Shown: positions 50,098 to 59,465 of the stretch, one piece after another | Layout of the letters: each line of letters begins with the position of its first letter | How positions within the stretch are numbered: position 1 is the stretch's first letter | IMG/VR virus record: IMGVR_UViG_3300031992_000018 | Coordinates: 104,027 to 168,026 of that record | Reading direction: 5' to 3' (one strand) | Length of the DNA: 64,000 bases | DNA from: a virus | Taxonomy: Duplodnaviria; Caudoviricetes | The notes under the pieces: generated by a model | Seen by the model: only the letters and a program-made list of their open reading frames with translations | What the model was told of the DNA's origin: nothing | Databases searched by the model: none | Translations under genes and position numbers: made by a program

Positions 50098-50125
50098 TTG
50101 AATTTCTGGAATTTTTTTCTATATT
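50098..50125 (+). promoter_or_regulatory. Putative early/middle promoter TTGAAT-N16-TATATT
   Basis: Consensus match. Confidence 0.7.
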
Positions 50126-50152
50126 TATATTGTAATTTAAAAAACAAACATT

Positions 50153-50482
50153 ATGAGTCATTACAATTTCAAATTCGGTCAGTACATTGTTAAGAAAATG
50201 CGTCCGGTTAATGACATTACTCCTATTCCTATGATGGGAATGTTTATGTATTCTCGTAGTGATACTCCTATTTATGGTGTGTTCCGTGTTGATCCTTATA
50301 TCAGAGGAGACTATGAAGCTCCATTTGAATACAAAGTTATTCTTACTCCTGTTGGTAAGTCTGCTGAAATTTTTCTTGATGATGATTTTTATACTTCTGA
50401 TTTGAGAGATATCAAGGATGAAATGATTTTTGATGATATGAATCTGGCTGAGAAGTTTGTTGAAGAATTTTTGATTGATTAA
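50153..50482 (+). CDS. Hypothetical protein
   Basis: First gene after a consensus promoter. Confidence 0.65.
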   Translation: MSHYNFKFGQYIVKKMRPVNDITPIPMMGMFMYSRSDTPIYGVFRVDPYIRGDYEAPFEYKVILTPVGKSAEIFLDDDFYTSDLRDIKDEMIFDDMNLAEKFVEEFLID

Positions 50483-50485
50483 ATT

Positions 50486-50743
50486 ATGTATATTCTTTTT
50501 ACACCAGAAATGAATATTGATAATATTCTTGGTGCTCTTCATAATAAGGGTCTTAAAGATAGTCATTATGGTCCAGATAAAGAGCATGCAATTGGTGTAT
50601 GTACTACATTTGTTACAAAACACTATACTTTCTTGTGTGAACCAATGCTTTCTAAGAATCCACATGTTAGTTGGATTCATTGTAGAAAGAAATATGAAAC
50701 TGAAGAAGAATTTATTAATGCTGTGAATAATGAAACCTTCTAA
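50486..50743 (+). CDS. Hypothetical protein
   Basis: Operon packing. Confidence 0.55.
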   Translation: MYILFTPEMNIDNILGALHNKGLKDSHYGPDKEHAIGVCTTFVTKHYTFLCEPMLSKNPHVSWIHCRKKYETEEEFINAVNNETF

Positions 50744-50918
50744 AAGAAGAATATATCATCATGAAGGTCATTGCTGTGACTGTTTATGGGGACCAATATA
50801 TGATTGTTATAATAAAACAAGAAATTGGTGTTCGGAACATAAAAGGGAAATAGAAGATCCCCAAACTGAAAGATGTAATCAATTTTATAGAGCTGATTGT
50901 AAAAGAAATAAGAAGTAA
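50730..50918 (+). CDS. Small Cys/His-rich protein, possible zinc finger
   Basis: HCCDC...WC..H...C..F. Confidence 0.5.
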   Translation: MKPSKRRIYHHEGHCCDCLWGPIYDCYNKTRNWCSEHKREIEDPQTERCNQFYRADCKRNKK

Positions 50919-50919
50919 T

Positions 50920-52032
50920 ATGTCTACTAAGATAGAAGAAATAATGGATAAGAAGCTTCTCGATGAAATGATTGAGAAGAAGTATGTTAATGTTCAGAAG
51001 CTTGACACTGGAGATCCTACTACTGATCTTTGGCTGCTTAATTATTCTAAGTCTTGTCAGATTGAACATGTTTGGAATGAAGTAACTACTCAGTGCCGTG
51101 GCCTTATCATTAATATGTTTGGAACTATCAAGGCTCGTCCTTTTGTTAAGTTCTATAACTATGAAGAGCTTGAAGGTCTTGGTATTACTGTTCCTAATCT
51201 TCCATTTGATGCTTATGAGAAGATGGATGGTTCACTTGGTATTATGTACTGGGTGAATGATGTACCTTATCTTGCAACTCGTGGTTCATTCAACTCAGAA
51301 CAGTGTAAGCATGGTACTGAACTCCTTCATACTAAGTATAAGGATATGTGGGACCGTTTTGACAGAAATAAAACCTATCTTTTTGAAATCATTTATCCTG
51401 AGGATAAGCATTGTATTGTCTATGGTCCTGAGGTTGATGACATATTCCTTCTTGCAGTAATTGATACTGATACTGGAGAAGAGACTGATTCTATTGATAA
51501 CTATCGTGATGTATTGTCTGTAACAAAGCATTATGATGGTATTAAGGATTGGAAGAATATTCGTGAACAGTTTGATGGTGATAACCGTGAAGGATTTGTT
51601 ATCCGTTTCTCCAATGGATTTAGAATGAAGCTTAAGTATGAACAGTACTTTAAGATTCATTTCCTTAGGTCTATGCTTTCTAAGAAGTATATTCTTGAGT
51701 GTCTTGCTGATGATAAGATTTCTAATATAGAAGATTATATTGGTCAGCTTGATGAAGAGAACCAGATTTATTACCGTGCTAAGATGCAGGAAATAAAGGA
51801 TAGATATACAGAAATTGAGAATAAGATGCTTGATATGTATATCTCTCCTGAGTGTTTTAAGACTCAGAAGGAATATGCTGAATGGGTATTTGGAAATCCT
51901 GCTCATAAGGGATTTACTGGTATGATGTTCTCTAAGGCAAAGGGTGCAGATTATTCTAAGATAATTTGGAAAATGATTAGAGAAGAAATTCGTGAAGAAA
52001 ATAGAAATGAATTAAATTCTGATGATGAATAA
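50920..52032 (+). CDS. RNA ligase, T4 Rnl1-like
   Basis: CRGLI, ARPF.KFYN, YEKMDGSL, ATRGSF, FEII, EGFVIRF, KLK. Confidence 0.88.
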   Translation: MSTKIEEIMDKKLLDEMIEKKYVNVQKLDTGDPTTDLWLLNYSKSCQIEHVWNEVTTQCRGLIINMFGTIKARPFVKFYNYEELEGLGITVPNLPFDAYEKMDGSLGIMYWVNDVPYLATRGSFNSEQCKHGTELLHTKYKDMWDRFDRNKTYLFEIIYPEDKHCIVYGPEVDDIFLLAVIDTDTGEETDSIDNYRDVLSVTKHYDGIKDWKNIREQFDGDNREGFVIRFSNGFRMKLKYEQYFKIHFLRSMLSKKYILECLADDKISNIEDYIGQLDEENQIYYRAKMQEIKDRYTEIENKMLDMYISPECFKTQKEYAEWVFGNPAHKGFTGMMFSKAKGADYSKIIWKMIREEIREENRNELNSDDE

Positions 52033-52153
52033 ACAGTTATATGGTAGAACTTTTAGTTCTAAAAAGGAATTCCTTAAATGGTTTGAAGAACATGAAGATG
52101 ACATCGATTGGGATTATGATGTTGAATTATCTTGGTATTATAAAGATGAATAG
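52025..52153 (+). CDS. Small hypothetical protein (not in the ORF track)
   Basis: ATG 52025 to TAG 52153. Confidence 0.45.
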   Translation: MNKQLYGRTFSSKKEFLKWFEEHEDDIDWDYDVELSWYYKDE

Positions 52154-52155
52154 AT

Positions 52156-52308
52156 ATGACACAAGAAGAAAAAGATAAACTTATCAATAAAGCAGCTAAT
52201 TGGTTATATGAACATTTAGCTAATTCAGATAGATTACCTATGGCTAATTGGAATAAAGAATTCTGGAAAACAGCATTTATAGGTTATATGAATGATAATA
52301 AAGAATAA
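52156..52308 (+). CDS. Small hypothetical protein (MTQEEKDK..., not in the ORF track)
   Basis: ATG 52156 to TAA 52308; N-terminus resembles 52520. Confidence 0.5.
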   Translation: MTQEEKDKLINKAANWLYEHLANSDRLPMANWNKEFWKTAFIGYMNDNKE

Positions 52309-52319
52309 TTTCATTATAT

Positions 52320-52523
52320 ATGGCACCAGATAAGATTTACATTGCTGAAACTCCGAATAAACTCATTGAGATTTGGAGCGACGAACCGATAGAACAAAAA
52401 TCGTATATAACAGAACATGAATATATTCGCAAGGACGCTTTATTGAAGTGGATAGATGAATATAAAAATTATTCATCTGGTCCTTCATGGGAATTGTTAA
52501 AAATACACATTGAGACGCTATGA
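52320..52523 (+). CDS. Small phage protein
   Basis: APDKIY...EYIRKDALL.W; atypical CG-containing codons. Confidence 0.6.
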   Translation: MAPDKIYIAETPNKLIEIWSDEPIEQKSYITEHEYIRKDALLKWIDEYKNYSSGPSWELLKIHIETL

Positions 52524-52855
52524 CACAAGAAGAAAAACAATTACTACTCAAGGATCTTTGTGCTAGATTAGCGCATGGTATTACATATTACTATGATACA
52601 GATAATGTTGTCATACCTAAACAGATTTTAGGTCTCACAGAAATAAACAATATTCTCCTTGGAATAGGTGATAATATTAAACCTTATCTTAGACCTATGT
52701 CAAGTATGACTGATGAAGAAAAGGATGAATTATCTTGTTACGAAAACTGTATACAAAGAGTAGATTTCTATTACTCACATCATATTGATTGTAGATTTAT
52801 GATAGAGAAAGGTCTTGCTATTGAAGCAGAAGAAGGAATGTATAAAATTAAATAG
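52520..52855 (+). CDS. Conserved-looking phage protein
   Basis: LLLKDLCARL, KPYLRPMSSMT.EE, HHID.R..IEKGLA. Confidence 0.65.
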   Translation: MTQEEKQLLLKDLCARLAHGITYYYDTDNVVIPKQILGLTEINNILLGIGDNIKPYLRPMSSMTDEEKDELSCYENCIQRVDFYYSHHIDCRFMIEKGLAIEAEEGMYKIK

Positions 52856-52871
52856 ATTATAAAGATTAATT

Positions 52872-53240
52872 ATGATAACATATCATTTAATAGACCTTGA
52901 AAATATTCCAGTAAAATGGACTTCATTAATTAAACCAAATTATGAAGATCATATTTTAATATTTAGACTTGAAAATCCAAATGATAAAAATTATATATCA
53001 CTTGATGATTTTGTTAAATTTGCAAATTTGAATTTACATATAACTATTATTCAATGTAAAAATGGTAAACCAAAAATGAATGCTCTTGATTTTCAATTGT
53101 CTTCATATTTTGGTTATCTTATTGGAACAAATGTAGATAATTCATTTATCATTTATTCTAATGATACTGGTTTTGATCCAGTAATAGAATTTTGGTCTGC
53201 TAAAGGAATAAATATTAAAAGAGTAGAAGAAAATGAATAA
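52872..53240 (+). CDS. PIN-domain protein (PIN7-like)
   Basis: LIDLENI, NALDFQLSSY.GYL, SNDTGFD. Confidence 0.75.
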   Translation: MITYHLIDLENIPVKWTSLIKPNYEDHILIFRLENPNDKNYISLDDFVKFANLNLHITIIQCKNGKPKMNALDFQLSSYFGYLIGTNVDNSFIIYSNDTGFDPVIEFWSAKGINIKRVEENE

Positions 53241-53436
53241 TTTTATATCTACAATAAATTGGCAAAATGCTGATATTTATATACCTGAAGAAAGTAATGA
53301 AGGTATTATATATTGTACAGTAAATAATAAAATTGGTACATTTAATGATATTAAAAATATAAATCATTGGAATTTTTTGAAAGATAAGTATCATATTAAA
53401 TGGTGGTGCTATCAATGGAAAATATTACCTAATTAA
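53233..53436 (+). CDS. Small hypothetical protein
   Basis: Operon packing. Confidence 0.5.
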   Translation: MNNFISTINWQNADIYIPEESNEGIIYCTVNNKIGTFNDIKNINHWNFLKDKYHIKWWCYQWKILPN

Positions 53437-53447
53437 ATTTAATAATT

Positions 53448-53744
53448 ATGGCTAAAGAAAGAAAAACTAAAGAAGTTATTAAAGTAGAATATAAAGAAAA
53501 AGAAATTGATAATAGTGATATTTATGATACCGCTATTGATAGAGCTTCTACTGGTTTTGCAGAATATATTGCAAGAGAAAAAAATGTAACGCGTTTACAT
53601 TGTCCTGGTATTGATTTTGGTGTACGTATGCTTGCAAGAAGTTTGGTAAAAAATAATATTGTTGATGCTGTAAAACTTTTTAATTATTTAAAACAAAATA
53701 GTTATCGTTCATATGACGATATTATTAAAGAATGGTGGAAATAA
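53448..53744 (+). CDS. Hypothetical protein
   Basis: Operon packing. Confidence 0.55.
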   Translation: MAKERKTKEVIKVEYKEKEIDNSDIYDTAIDRASTGFAEYIAREKNVTRLHCPGIDFGVRMLARSLVKNNIVDAVKLFNYLKQNSYRSYDDIIKEWWK

Positions 53745-53751
53745 TAAATAT

Positions 53752-53955
53752 ATGTTAAAATTAAATTCAAATATATTTAAAATTAAAATTGGAGATACTG
53801 TAAAATGCGGACGTACGGTTTATACAATTGTAGCTACATTTGAAGATGAAGGTAGTATATACTATGTAGGTAAGTATATTAATAAAGATAATATACCATA
53901 TTATTCTAATATTTTAACATATATTGGAGAACATATATTATTTAAACATGTATAA
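53752..53955 (+). CDS. Small protein, tandem paralogue of 54032
   Basis: MLKL.S...K.K.GDTV.CG...YSNILTY..EH.LFKHV shared. Confidence 0.65.
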   Translation: MLKLNSNIFKIKIGDTVKCGRTVYTIVATFEDEGSIYYVGKYINKDNIPYYSNILTYIGEHILFKHV

Positions 53956-53981
53956 AAATATTAAATTAATATCAATAATTT

Positions 53982-54009
53982 TTGAATTTTTTTAATATTA
54001 TTCTATATT
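53982..54009 (+). promoter_or_regulatory. Putative early/middle promoter TTGAAT-N16-TATATT
   Basis: Consensus match. Confidence 0.7.
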
Positions 54010-54031
54010 ATAATGTGATTATATAAATAAT

Positions 54032-54238
54032 ATGTTAAAATTACGTTCAGATGTACTTAAAGTTAAAGTAGGAGATACAGTTCAATGCGGTCTCATACGT
54101 TATATTGTAGTAAGTATATTTGAAGATAATGGAAGAACATTTTATGTATGTAAGTATACTAAAAAGAATGATAATGTTACTTCTTATTCTAATATTTTAA
54201 CATATAATAAAGAACATAAATTATTCAAACATGTATAA
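54032..54238 (+). CDS. Small protein, tandem paralogue of 53752
   Basis: See 53752. Confidence 0.65.
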   Translation: MLKLRSDVLKVKVGDTVQCGLIRYIVVSIFEDNGRTFYVCKYTKKNDNVTSYSNILTYNKEHKLFKHV

Positions 54239-54842
54239 GTTCGTAAAAATTCGTCCTAAGGATCAGTCAGAAAAGAAAGGTTATTGGTATTTTGTACCTA
54301 ATTCTATTGAACAGGTTCAGGAACATTTTACTAAAATTTTTGGACAGGAAATCAGTGCTGGTGTAAAGGATAAGTTTAGTTCTATAACAAAGTATAAACA
54401 TCCTGAAACTGCTTGGAGATTTGGTGTTGATACTCTTAATAGATTTAGTGGAAATCCCTGGGTAGTAGATGCTGTTAATCTTGAGAATCAAGTTCTACAT
54501 AGTCGTATTGATGATTTTCTCAAGTATGGAAAAATTTATCTTGCTGATGGCGTTCAGCAGTTTATGTATCGTGATGATCTTTTTGAGATTGTTGAAGAGG
54601 TAGATTCTGAAATTCTTTCTTATCCTAGAGAAGCACAAGTTCATATTGAAGAAGTAAGGTATATGCAATGGGAAGTTCCTGGTTATCCTAAAGGTGAACA
54701 TTGGTATGCTAAGATTGGTAATATGGATGTTCGAGATAAAGAAGGAAATATGAAGTGGAATACCAAGGAAGAGGCTATAAAGGCTGCTGAATGGTTTTGT
54801 CAAGAATTGAATTGGAAAACGTATTTTGGTTCTAAAAAATAA
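54231..54842 (+). CDS. Hypothetical protein
   Basis: 203 aa; GEHWYAKIG motif. Confidence 0.65.
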   Translation: MYKFVKIRPKDQSEKKGYWYFVPNSIEQVQEHFTKIFGQEISAGVKDKFSSITKYKHPETAWRFGVDTLNRFSGNPWVVDAVNLENQVLHSRIDDFLKYGKIYLADGVQQFMYRDDLFEIVEEVDSEILSYPREAQVHIEEVRYMQWEVPGYPKGEHWYAKIGNMDVRDKEGNMKWNTKEEAIKAAEWFCQELNWKTYFGSKK

Positions 54843-54905
54843 TATAAAAGATTAGTAAGCATATTGGTATTATAAACTAATATTCTTACAAATGAACGTA
54901 AGAAA

Positions 54906-54930
54906 AGAGGACTAATATTAGTCCTCTTTA
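54906..54930. terminator. Bidirectional terminator-like hairpin
   Basis: aagaggactaatattagtcctctt palindrome between convergent genes. Confidence 0.65.
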
Positions 54931-56489
54931 TTTATTATGTTTTCTAAACTTTTTTCTAATTCTTTACTCCAACCATCAACACTATTACAAACAAATTTTA
55001 TATTAGGATTTTCTATAGCATTTTTAAATTCATTTTTATAAATATTATTACTCCAAATTCCAAGTCTTATCGTTGAATCTAAAACAGGTTCTTCATGTTT
55101 AAAGTAATTAAAGTATATATCTTCTAATACATAACTTTCATTTCTCATATTAAACCTGTCCAAAATTTCTTTTAACTTGTTAAATTCAAAATAGCAAGGA
55201 TAATGAGTTGTATAATTAACATGTGGTAAATTATATTTATCTAATAATTGTCGTGTTTTCCACTTATCATGATTCCAAAAATTTATAGGGGCTTTTTTAT
55301 CTCCGGTAAAACTTAATGAATGATAATGAATTGTAGTAATATCTTCTAAACTAAAAGGCTTTATGGCATAATTATCATCAACCATCCATATAAAACCATC
55401 GTACATCTTATCATACTTTTTCATTACAATATTAAACTTATTCTGCATATCAAGATGCGGATTATACTGATTTTCTATTTTTACTATTGTTGGACAATAT
55501 ATAAATTCAACCCAATGAAAATCATTTTTTAATGATTTATCAAATTCACCAATAACAACAAAATGATATTTAAACTGGCAAAACATTTTCCACCCACTTA
55601 AAGCCAATCTAATTTCATTACCTTGTGAACTACTTTGTTTATATGGTAATATAACTAATATCTCTTTTTTTAAGTCGTTCAATAGTTGTTGTTTAAGATG
55701 AAGCATATCTGGATTTATTTTAAAAAATACATCAATAGTTCTGGCATAACCCATAAAATAACCTCTTTTCCTTTTATTAATATATTCTTCCCAAGATTTT
55801 GTCATATAATGTTTAATGTATATTCTATCATATACAATCTTTGTTCTTATATTACTAAAATCTGTTCTACACCATTTACATTTGTCTGTTGGTTGGTGTG
55901 CATCTTTAAATTTTGTTTCATTAAAACTACTTAATTTATAACACGTTTTTGTTGTCCACTCTAACCTATCATGTCCAGGATATTTAGATTCTTTTGTATA
56001 AGTTTTAAGTAATCCTTTGTTAATATAATCAGGCTTATTTATATATCCATTTGCACCATATATCTTCCATTGTAATATAACAGCATCATAATCCTTATAC
56101 TTTGATAATATATTTTTAATATCATCATCTTCATTTTGAAAAGTTATAAATTCATCATTATCAATAACAAAACACCAATCATATTTATCAGCATATAAAT
56201 TTTTAATATAATTAAGACATTTTGGAAAATATATTTCCTGTGGATTTTTCTTTCTTGATAGTTTTAACTCAAATACCAATTTTTTATCTTCTTCATTAAG
56301 AATAGTTGATACACTATTCAATGTTACATTATCAGTGTATTTATCTGTTATTTCTTTATGAGAATCACTATCCAAATCTTCAAATATGAATATGTGGTTA
56401 ATACCTAAATCTAAATGATATTTTATCCACTCATCAAGATATTCTTGTTCGTTTTTTATTACGGTTAATATGCAGGAAGTATTTATCAT
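54918..56489 (-). CDS. Two-domain glycosyltransferase (GT2/GT92-like plus second GT-A-like domain)
   Basis: VIKNEQEYLDEWIKYH..LG, WCFVIDNDEFI, HYMTKSWEEY; second domain EIRLAL, FIWMVDDNY; late promoter 56508-56520. Confidence 0.8.
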   Translation of the reverse strand: MINTSCILTVIKNEQEYLDEWIKYHLDLGINHIFIFEDLDSDSHKEITDKYTDNVTLNSVSTILNEEDKKLVFELKLSRKKNPQEIYFPKCLNYIKNLYADKYDWCFVIDNDEFITFQNEDDDIKNILSKYKDYDAVILQWKIYGANGYINKPDYINKGLLKTYTKESKYPGHDRLEWTTKTCYKLSSFNETKFKDAHQPTDKCKWCRTDFSNIRTKIVYDRIYIKHYMTKSWEEYINKRKRGYFMGYARTIDVFFKINPDMLHLKQQLLNDLKKEILVILPYKQSSSQGNEIRLALSGWKMFCQFKYHFVVIGEFDKSLKNDFHWVEFIYCPTIVKIENQYNPHLDMQNKFNIVMKKYDKMYDGFIWMVDDNYAIKPFSLEDITTIHYHSLSFTGDKKAPINFWNHDKWKTRQLLDKYNLPHVNYTTHYPCYFEFNKLKEILDRFNMRNESYVLEDIYFNYFKHEEPVLDSTIRLGIWSNNIYKNEFKNAIENPNIKFVCNSVDGWSKELEKSLENIINKED

Positions 56490-56523
56490 TTAAATAAATT
56501 ATGTATTTATATAAAAATAAAGA

Positions 56524-56551
56524 TTGAATTTTGTTATTCTTTTTCTATATT
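56524..56551 (+). promoter_or_regulatory. Putative early/middle promoter TTGAAT-N16-TATATT
   Basis: Consensus match. Confidence 0.7.
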
Positions 56552-56574
56552 ATATTGTAATTAAATAAAACAAT

Positions 56575-56710
56575 ATGTATAGTTTCATTAAAATTTATCC
56601 AAAGAATATACCTGATAAGAAAGGAGTTTATTAATGAATAGGCTATAAATGATGCTAAGTGAGTTTGTCAAGAATTGAATTATAAAATGTATTTTTGTTA
56701 TAAAGATTAA
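56575..56710 (+). pseudogene. Decayed, internally deleted copy of the 54231..54842 gene
   Basis: MYSFIKIYPKNIPDKKG resembles MYKFVKIRPKDQSEKKG; aggctataaa...tttgtcaagaattgaatt...gtatttt matches 54772-54837. Confidence 0.7.
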
Positions 56711-56712
56711 TT

Positions 56713-57303
56713 ATGAATAATTTTCCTGTAAAAGTTGATGGTAAAGAATACTGGATTAGCCGTTCTGTTGCGGTAGCAGTTTCTATTTATACATTTATTG
56801 ATGGTAAGTTATGTATACTTGCTAATAAACGAGGTACTGGTCTTCCTGGACAGAATTTTTCTAACCCTGGTAAATGGAATGTCGTAAGTGGATTCATTGA
56901 TTATGATGAAACACTTAAAGAGGCATGTATCAGAGAAGTTCATGAAGAAACAGGACTTGATATCAGTAATGTCGAATTAAGACAGATGATGATTGATGAT
57001 TCTCCTAAACGTTCTGGTCAGGTAATTCTTTTTAGATATATTGGATTTTATTATAATTTTGATAAAAAGATTACTCTTACTAATAAATATGCAGAACCAA
57101 AAGAAGTTGATGATGTAAAGTTTATTCCTATTAATGAGCTTGATAATTATGATTGGACTAGTGAAAATCATAAAGAGAAGATCAAAGAATATGGAGAATA
57201 TATAAAATATAACAATAGTACTGCTTATACATTCTTTAGTATGATTAATCAAGGAGATGAAAAAGCAAAAAATTCTGTTTATTATGATATAGATATAAAA
57301 TAG
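56713..57303 (+). CDS. Nudix hydrolase
   Basis: GFIDYDETLKEACIREVHEETGL Nudix box. Confidence 0.88.
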   Translation: MNNFPVKVDGKEYWISRSVAVAVSIYTFIDGKLCILANKRGTGLPGQNFSNPGKWNVVSGFIDYDETLKEACIREVHEETGLDISNVELRQMMIDDSPKRSGQVILFRYIGFYYNFDKKITLTNKYAEPKEVDDVKFIPINELDNYDWTSENHKEKIKEYGEYIKYNNSTAYTFFSMINQGDEKAKNSVYYDIDIK

Positions 57304-57304
57304 T

Positions 57305-57332
57305 TTGAATTTTTAAAATATTTTACTATATT
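57305..57332 (+). promoter_or_regulatory. Putative early/middle promoter TTGAAT-N16-TATATT
   Basis: Consensus match. Confidence 0.7.
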
Positions 57333-57360
57333 ATTTATGTGAAAAAGAGATTAATTTGTT

Positions 57361-57681
57361 ATGATTACTCAGAAAGATTTGTTGACTGTTCAAATTAATA
57401 AAATTTGTTATTCTCCAGAGTTTAATAAGTATTATTGTAATAAATATAAATTTGCTCCAAGTGGAATGACTCTTGATATTTGGGAAAAAGATAATGGAAA
57501 ATTTAATTCTGCTCTTGTAGCAAAACAATATGGATATAATAGTTTTACTACTGGTTATTCTGAATATGAAGATTTGAGTGATTATACTATTAATCCTTAT
57601 GATTTTACTGATGAGCAATATGAATATGTTCTAAAATATTTCAAAGATAATCATCCAGAAATTTATAAATATCTAAATTAA
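57361..57681 (+). CDS. Hypothetical protein
   Basis: Lies between a promoter and a terminator. Confidence 0.6.
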   Translation: MITQKDLLTVQINKICYSPEFNKYYCNKYKFAPSGMTLDIWEKDNGKFNSALVAKQYGYNSFTTGYSEYEDLSDYTINPYDFTDEQYEYVLKYFKDNHPEIYKYLN

Positions 57682-57713
57682 AAACAGGAACTAATCATTA
57701 GTTCCTGTTTTTT
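57680..57713. terminator. Bidirectional terminator
   Basis: aaaaacaggaactaa-tca-ttagttcctgttttt. Confidence 0.8.
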
Positions 57714-58596
57714 TATATTCTATTTGTTTAGCATCATCATCTATTTTTATAAACATTTCTGCTTGTTTTTTCATTTTCTCTCCATTTTTACCAGATAAAT
57801 CTTTTTTAACTTTAGGTAAATCTATTGGTTGTTTTTCTTTTAAAAATGAATCAACCATTTTTTCTTGATCAAATATAAATTTACCTTCTGAGTCTTTTTT
57901 AATTTTTATTACTGGAGAAGTTTTATATTTACCACCTTGTATTCTACCATATCCAGCTGAATAACCAATCCATACTGTATCAATAAAATTATTAAAGTGA
58001 GGATATTTATTATTTAATAAATCTGTCAATGTTTTATATGCAGCTTTATGATTAGGTATTAAAACTGTTTCTTCATCAACATATCTATCTCTTACTCTAT
58101 TATTTATTTTAGCAACTTCTAAATTACAAAGAACCCAAACAAGAGTTACATTATATCCAAGAGTTTTGGCACGTGTTGCAATTTCAGTAATATCTTCTAT
58201 TTTACCAGATACTCTATCAAAAAGAAGATTAGGAAGAATTTTTGAATTATTAGCTTCTTTATTTGGATTTTGTTTATTTCTAAATATCAAATTAATCTGT
58301 TTATCTTTCCAACCATGATCTTTAACTCTCATATGAAGTTCTGTAACATCTTCTGGATTTTTAAAATCAAAGTTTTTTAATTCATCTTTAAGTTTACCTT
58401 GATTTAAAAGTTTTATATATTTGCCTTTTAAATCATCAACATCATATGTTTTAAAATCAGCATCTATAATATTTTTTATAAATCCTTTTCCACTTCCAGG
58501 TCCACCAGCAAGAATAATACATTCACCATAAGTTGGTGTTTTCTTCTTAAAACCAACTACAGTATTTTCAAATATAAAATCTAATAATTTTTTCAT
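57691..58596 (-). CDS. Leader-bearing P-loop kinase (zeta-toxin/AAA_33-like)
   Basis: MKKLLDFIFE; ILAGGPGSGKG, DVDD, LLFD, LGY...LVWV....VA...N..R.R. Confidence 0.75.
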   Translation of the reverse strand: MKKLLDFIFENTVVGFKKKTPTYGECIILAGGPGSGKGFIKNIIDADFKTYDVDDLKGKYIKLLNQGKLKDELKNFDFKNPEDVTELHMRVKDHGWKDKQINLIFRNKQNPNKEANNSKILPNLLFDRVSGKIEDITEIATRAKTLGYNVTLVWVLCNLEVAKINNRVRDRYVDEETVLIPNHKAAYKTLTDLLNNKYPHFNNFIDTVWIGYSAGYGRIQGGKYKTSPVIKIKKDSEGKFIFDQEKMVDSFLKEKQPIDLPKVKKDLSGKNGEKMKKQAEMFIKIDDDAKQIEYKKTGTND

Positions 58597-58603
58597 ATAT
58601 TAA

Positions 58604-59074
58604 TTATCTTTTTTTTCTAAATACAATTACAATTACACTTGTAAAATTTGAATAATAAATAAATTCATTATTATCTGTTTCAAATGTTGAACCTAAACTA
58701 GTTGTTTCTTCAGATAATCTTGCTTTTATATATTTATACCAATTTGGAGATGTTATATAATTTCTATAATAATTTTTTATTACATCTTCATCAGTAATTG
58801 TAACAAATTTATCTAATTTTTTCTTTTTTATTGCTGCCCATATATGTTTATCCATATATAGTTTATCATTAATTAGACATTCAACTTCTTCTATTGATTC
58901 AATTTCATTTTTTCTTACCCAATCTTCAAAAGATTTTAAAATATCTTTAATCATTGATTGATCAAGATTTAAACAACAAATATCTGTCATTATTGAAACA
59001 ACAGTATTTTTTAAATTTTTATTATCCTTTGTCAAATGTAACTTTTCAAATATATATGAATTAATCTTCTTCAT
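58604..59074 (-). CDS. Leader-bearing protein (MKKINSYIFEKLHLTK)
   Basis: Extended motif. Confidence 0.7.
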   Translation of the reverse strand: MKKINSYIFEKLHLTKDNKNLKNTVVSIMTDICCLNLDQSMIKDILKSFEDWVRKNEIESIEEVECLINDKLYMDKHIWAAIKKKKLDKFVTITDEDVIKNYYRNYITSPNWYKYIKARLSEETTSLGSTFETDNNEFIYYSNFTSVIVIVFRKKR

Positions 59075-59465
59075 TTTTCTTAATTAAATAATCTATATAT
59101 TTATTACCATATCTTTTTCCTTTTTCTGGTAAAAAACTACCCTTTCTTATATATAAAGTATTTGATGAATTAATATTTTCTTTATCAATAAGATCTTTTA
59201 TATCAAGAGTAATTTTTTTAAATCTATCTTCAGTAAGATTACTTGAAAATTCTAATCTTAAAAAATTAGCATCTCCCCAATCACTTCTTGTATATAAAGA
59301 TTGTTTTTGAATATCTAATAATTCTATAGTATAATTTAATTTTGACTTTGAAAAATATTCTTTAATAACATCTTTTATAATATTAAATATATCATTATTA
59401 AAAGAATTTTTTATATTCTTATTTAAATGTAATTTCTCTATTATATATTGACTTAAACTATTCAT
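59061..59465 (-). CDS. Leader-bearing protein (MNSLSQYIIEKLHLNK)
   Basis: Extended motif. Confidence 0.7.
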   Translation of the reverse strand: MNSLSQYIIEKLHLNKNIKNSFNNDIFNIIKDVIKEYFSKSKLNYTIELLDIQKQSLYTRSDWGDANFLRLEFSSNLTEDRFKKITLDIKDLIDKENINSSNTLYIRKGSFLPEKGKRYGNKYIDYLIKKNEED

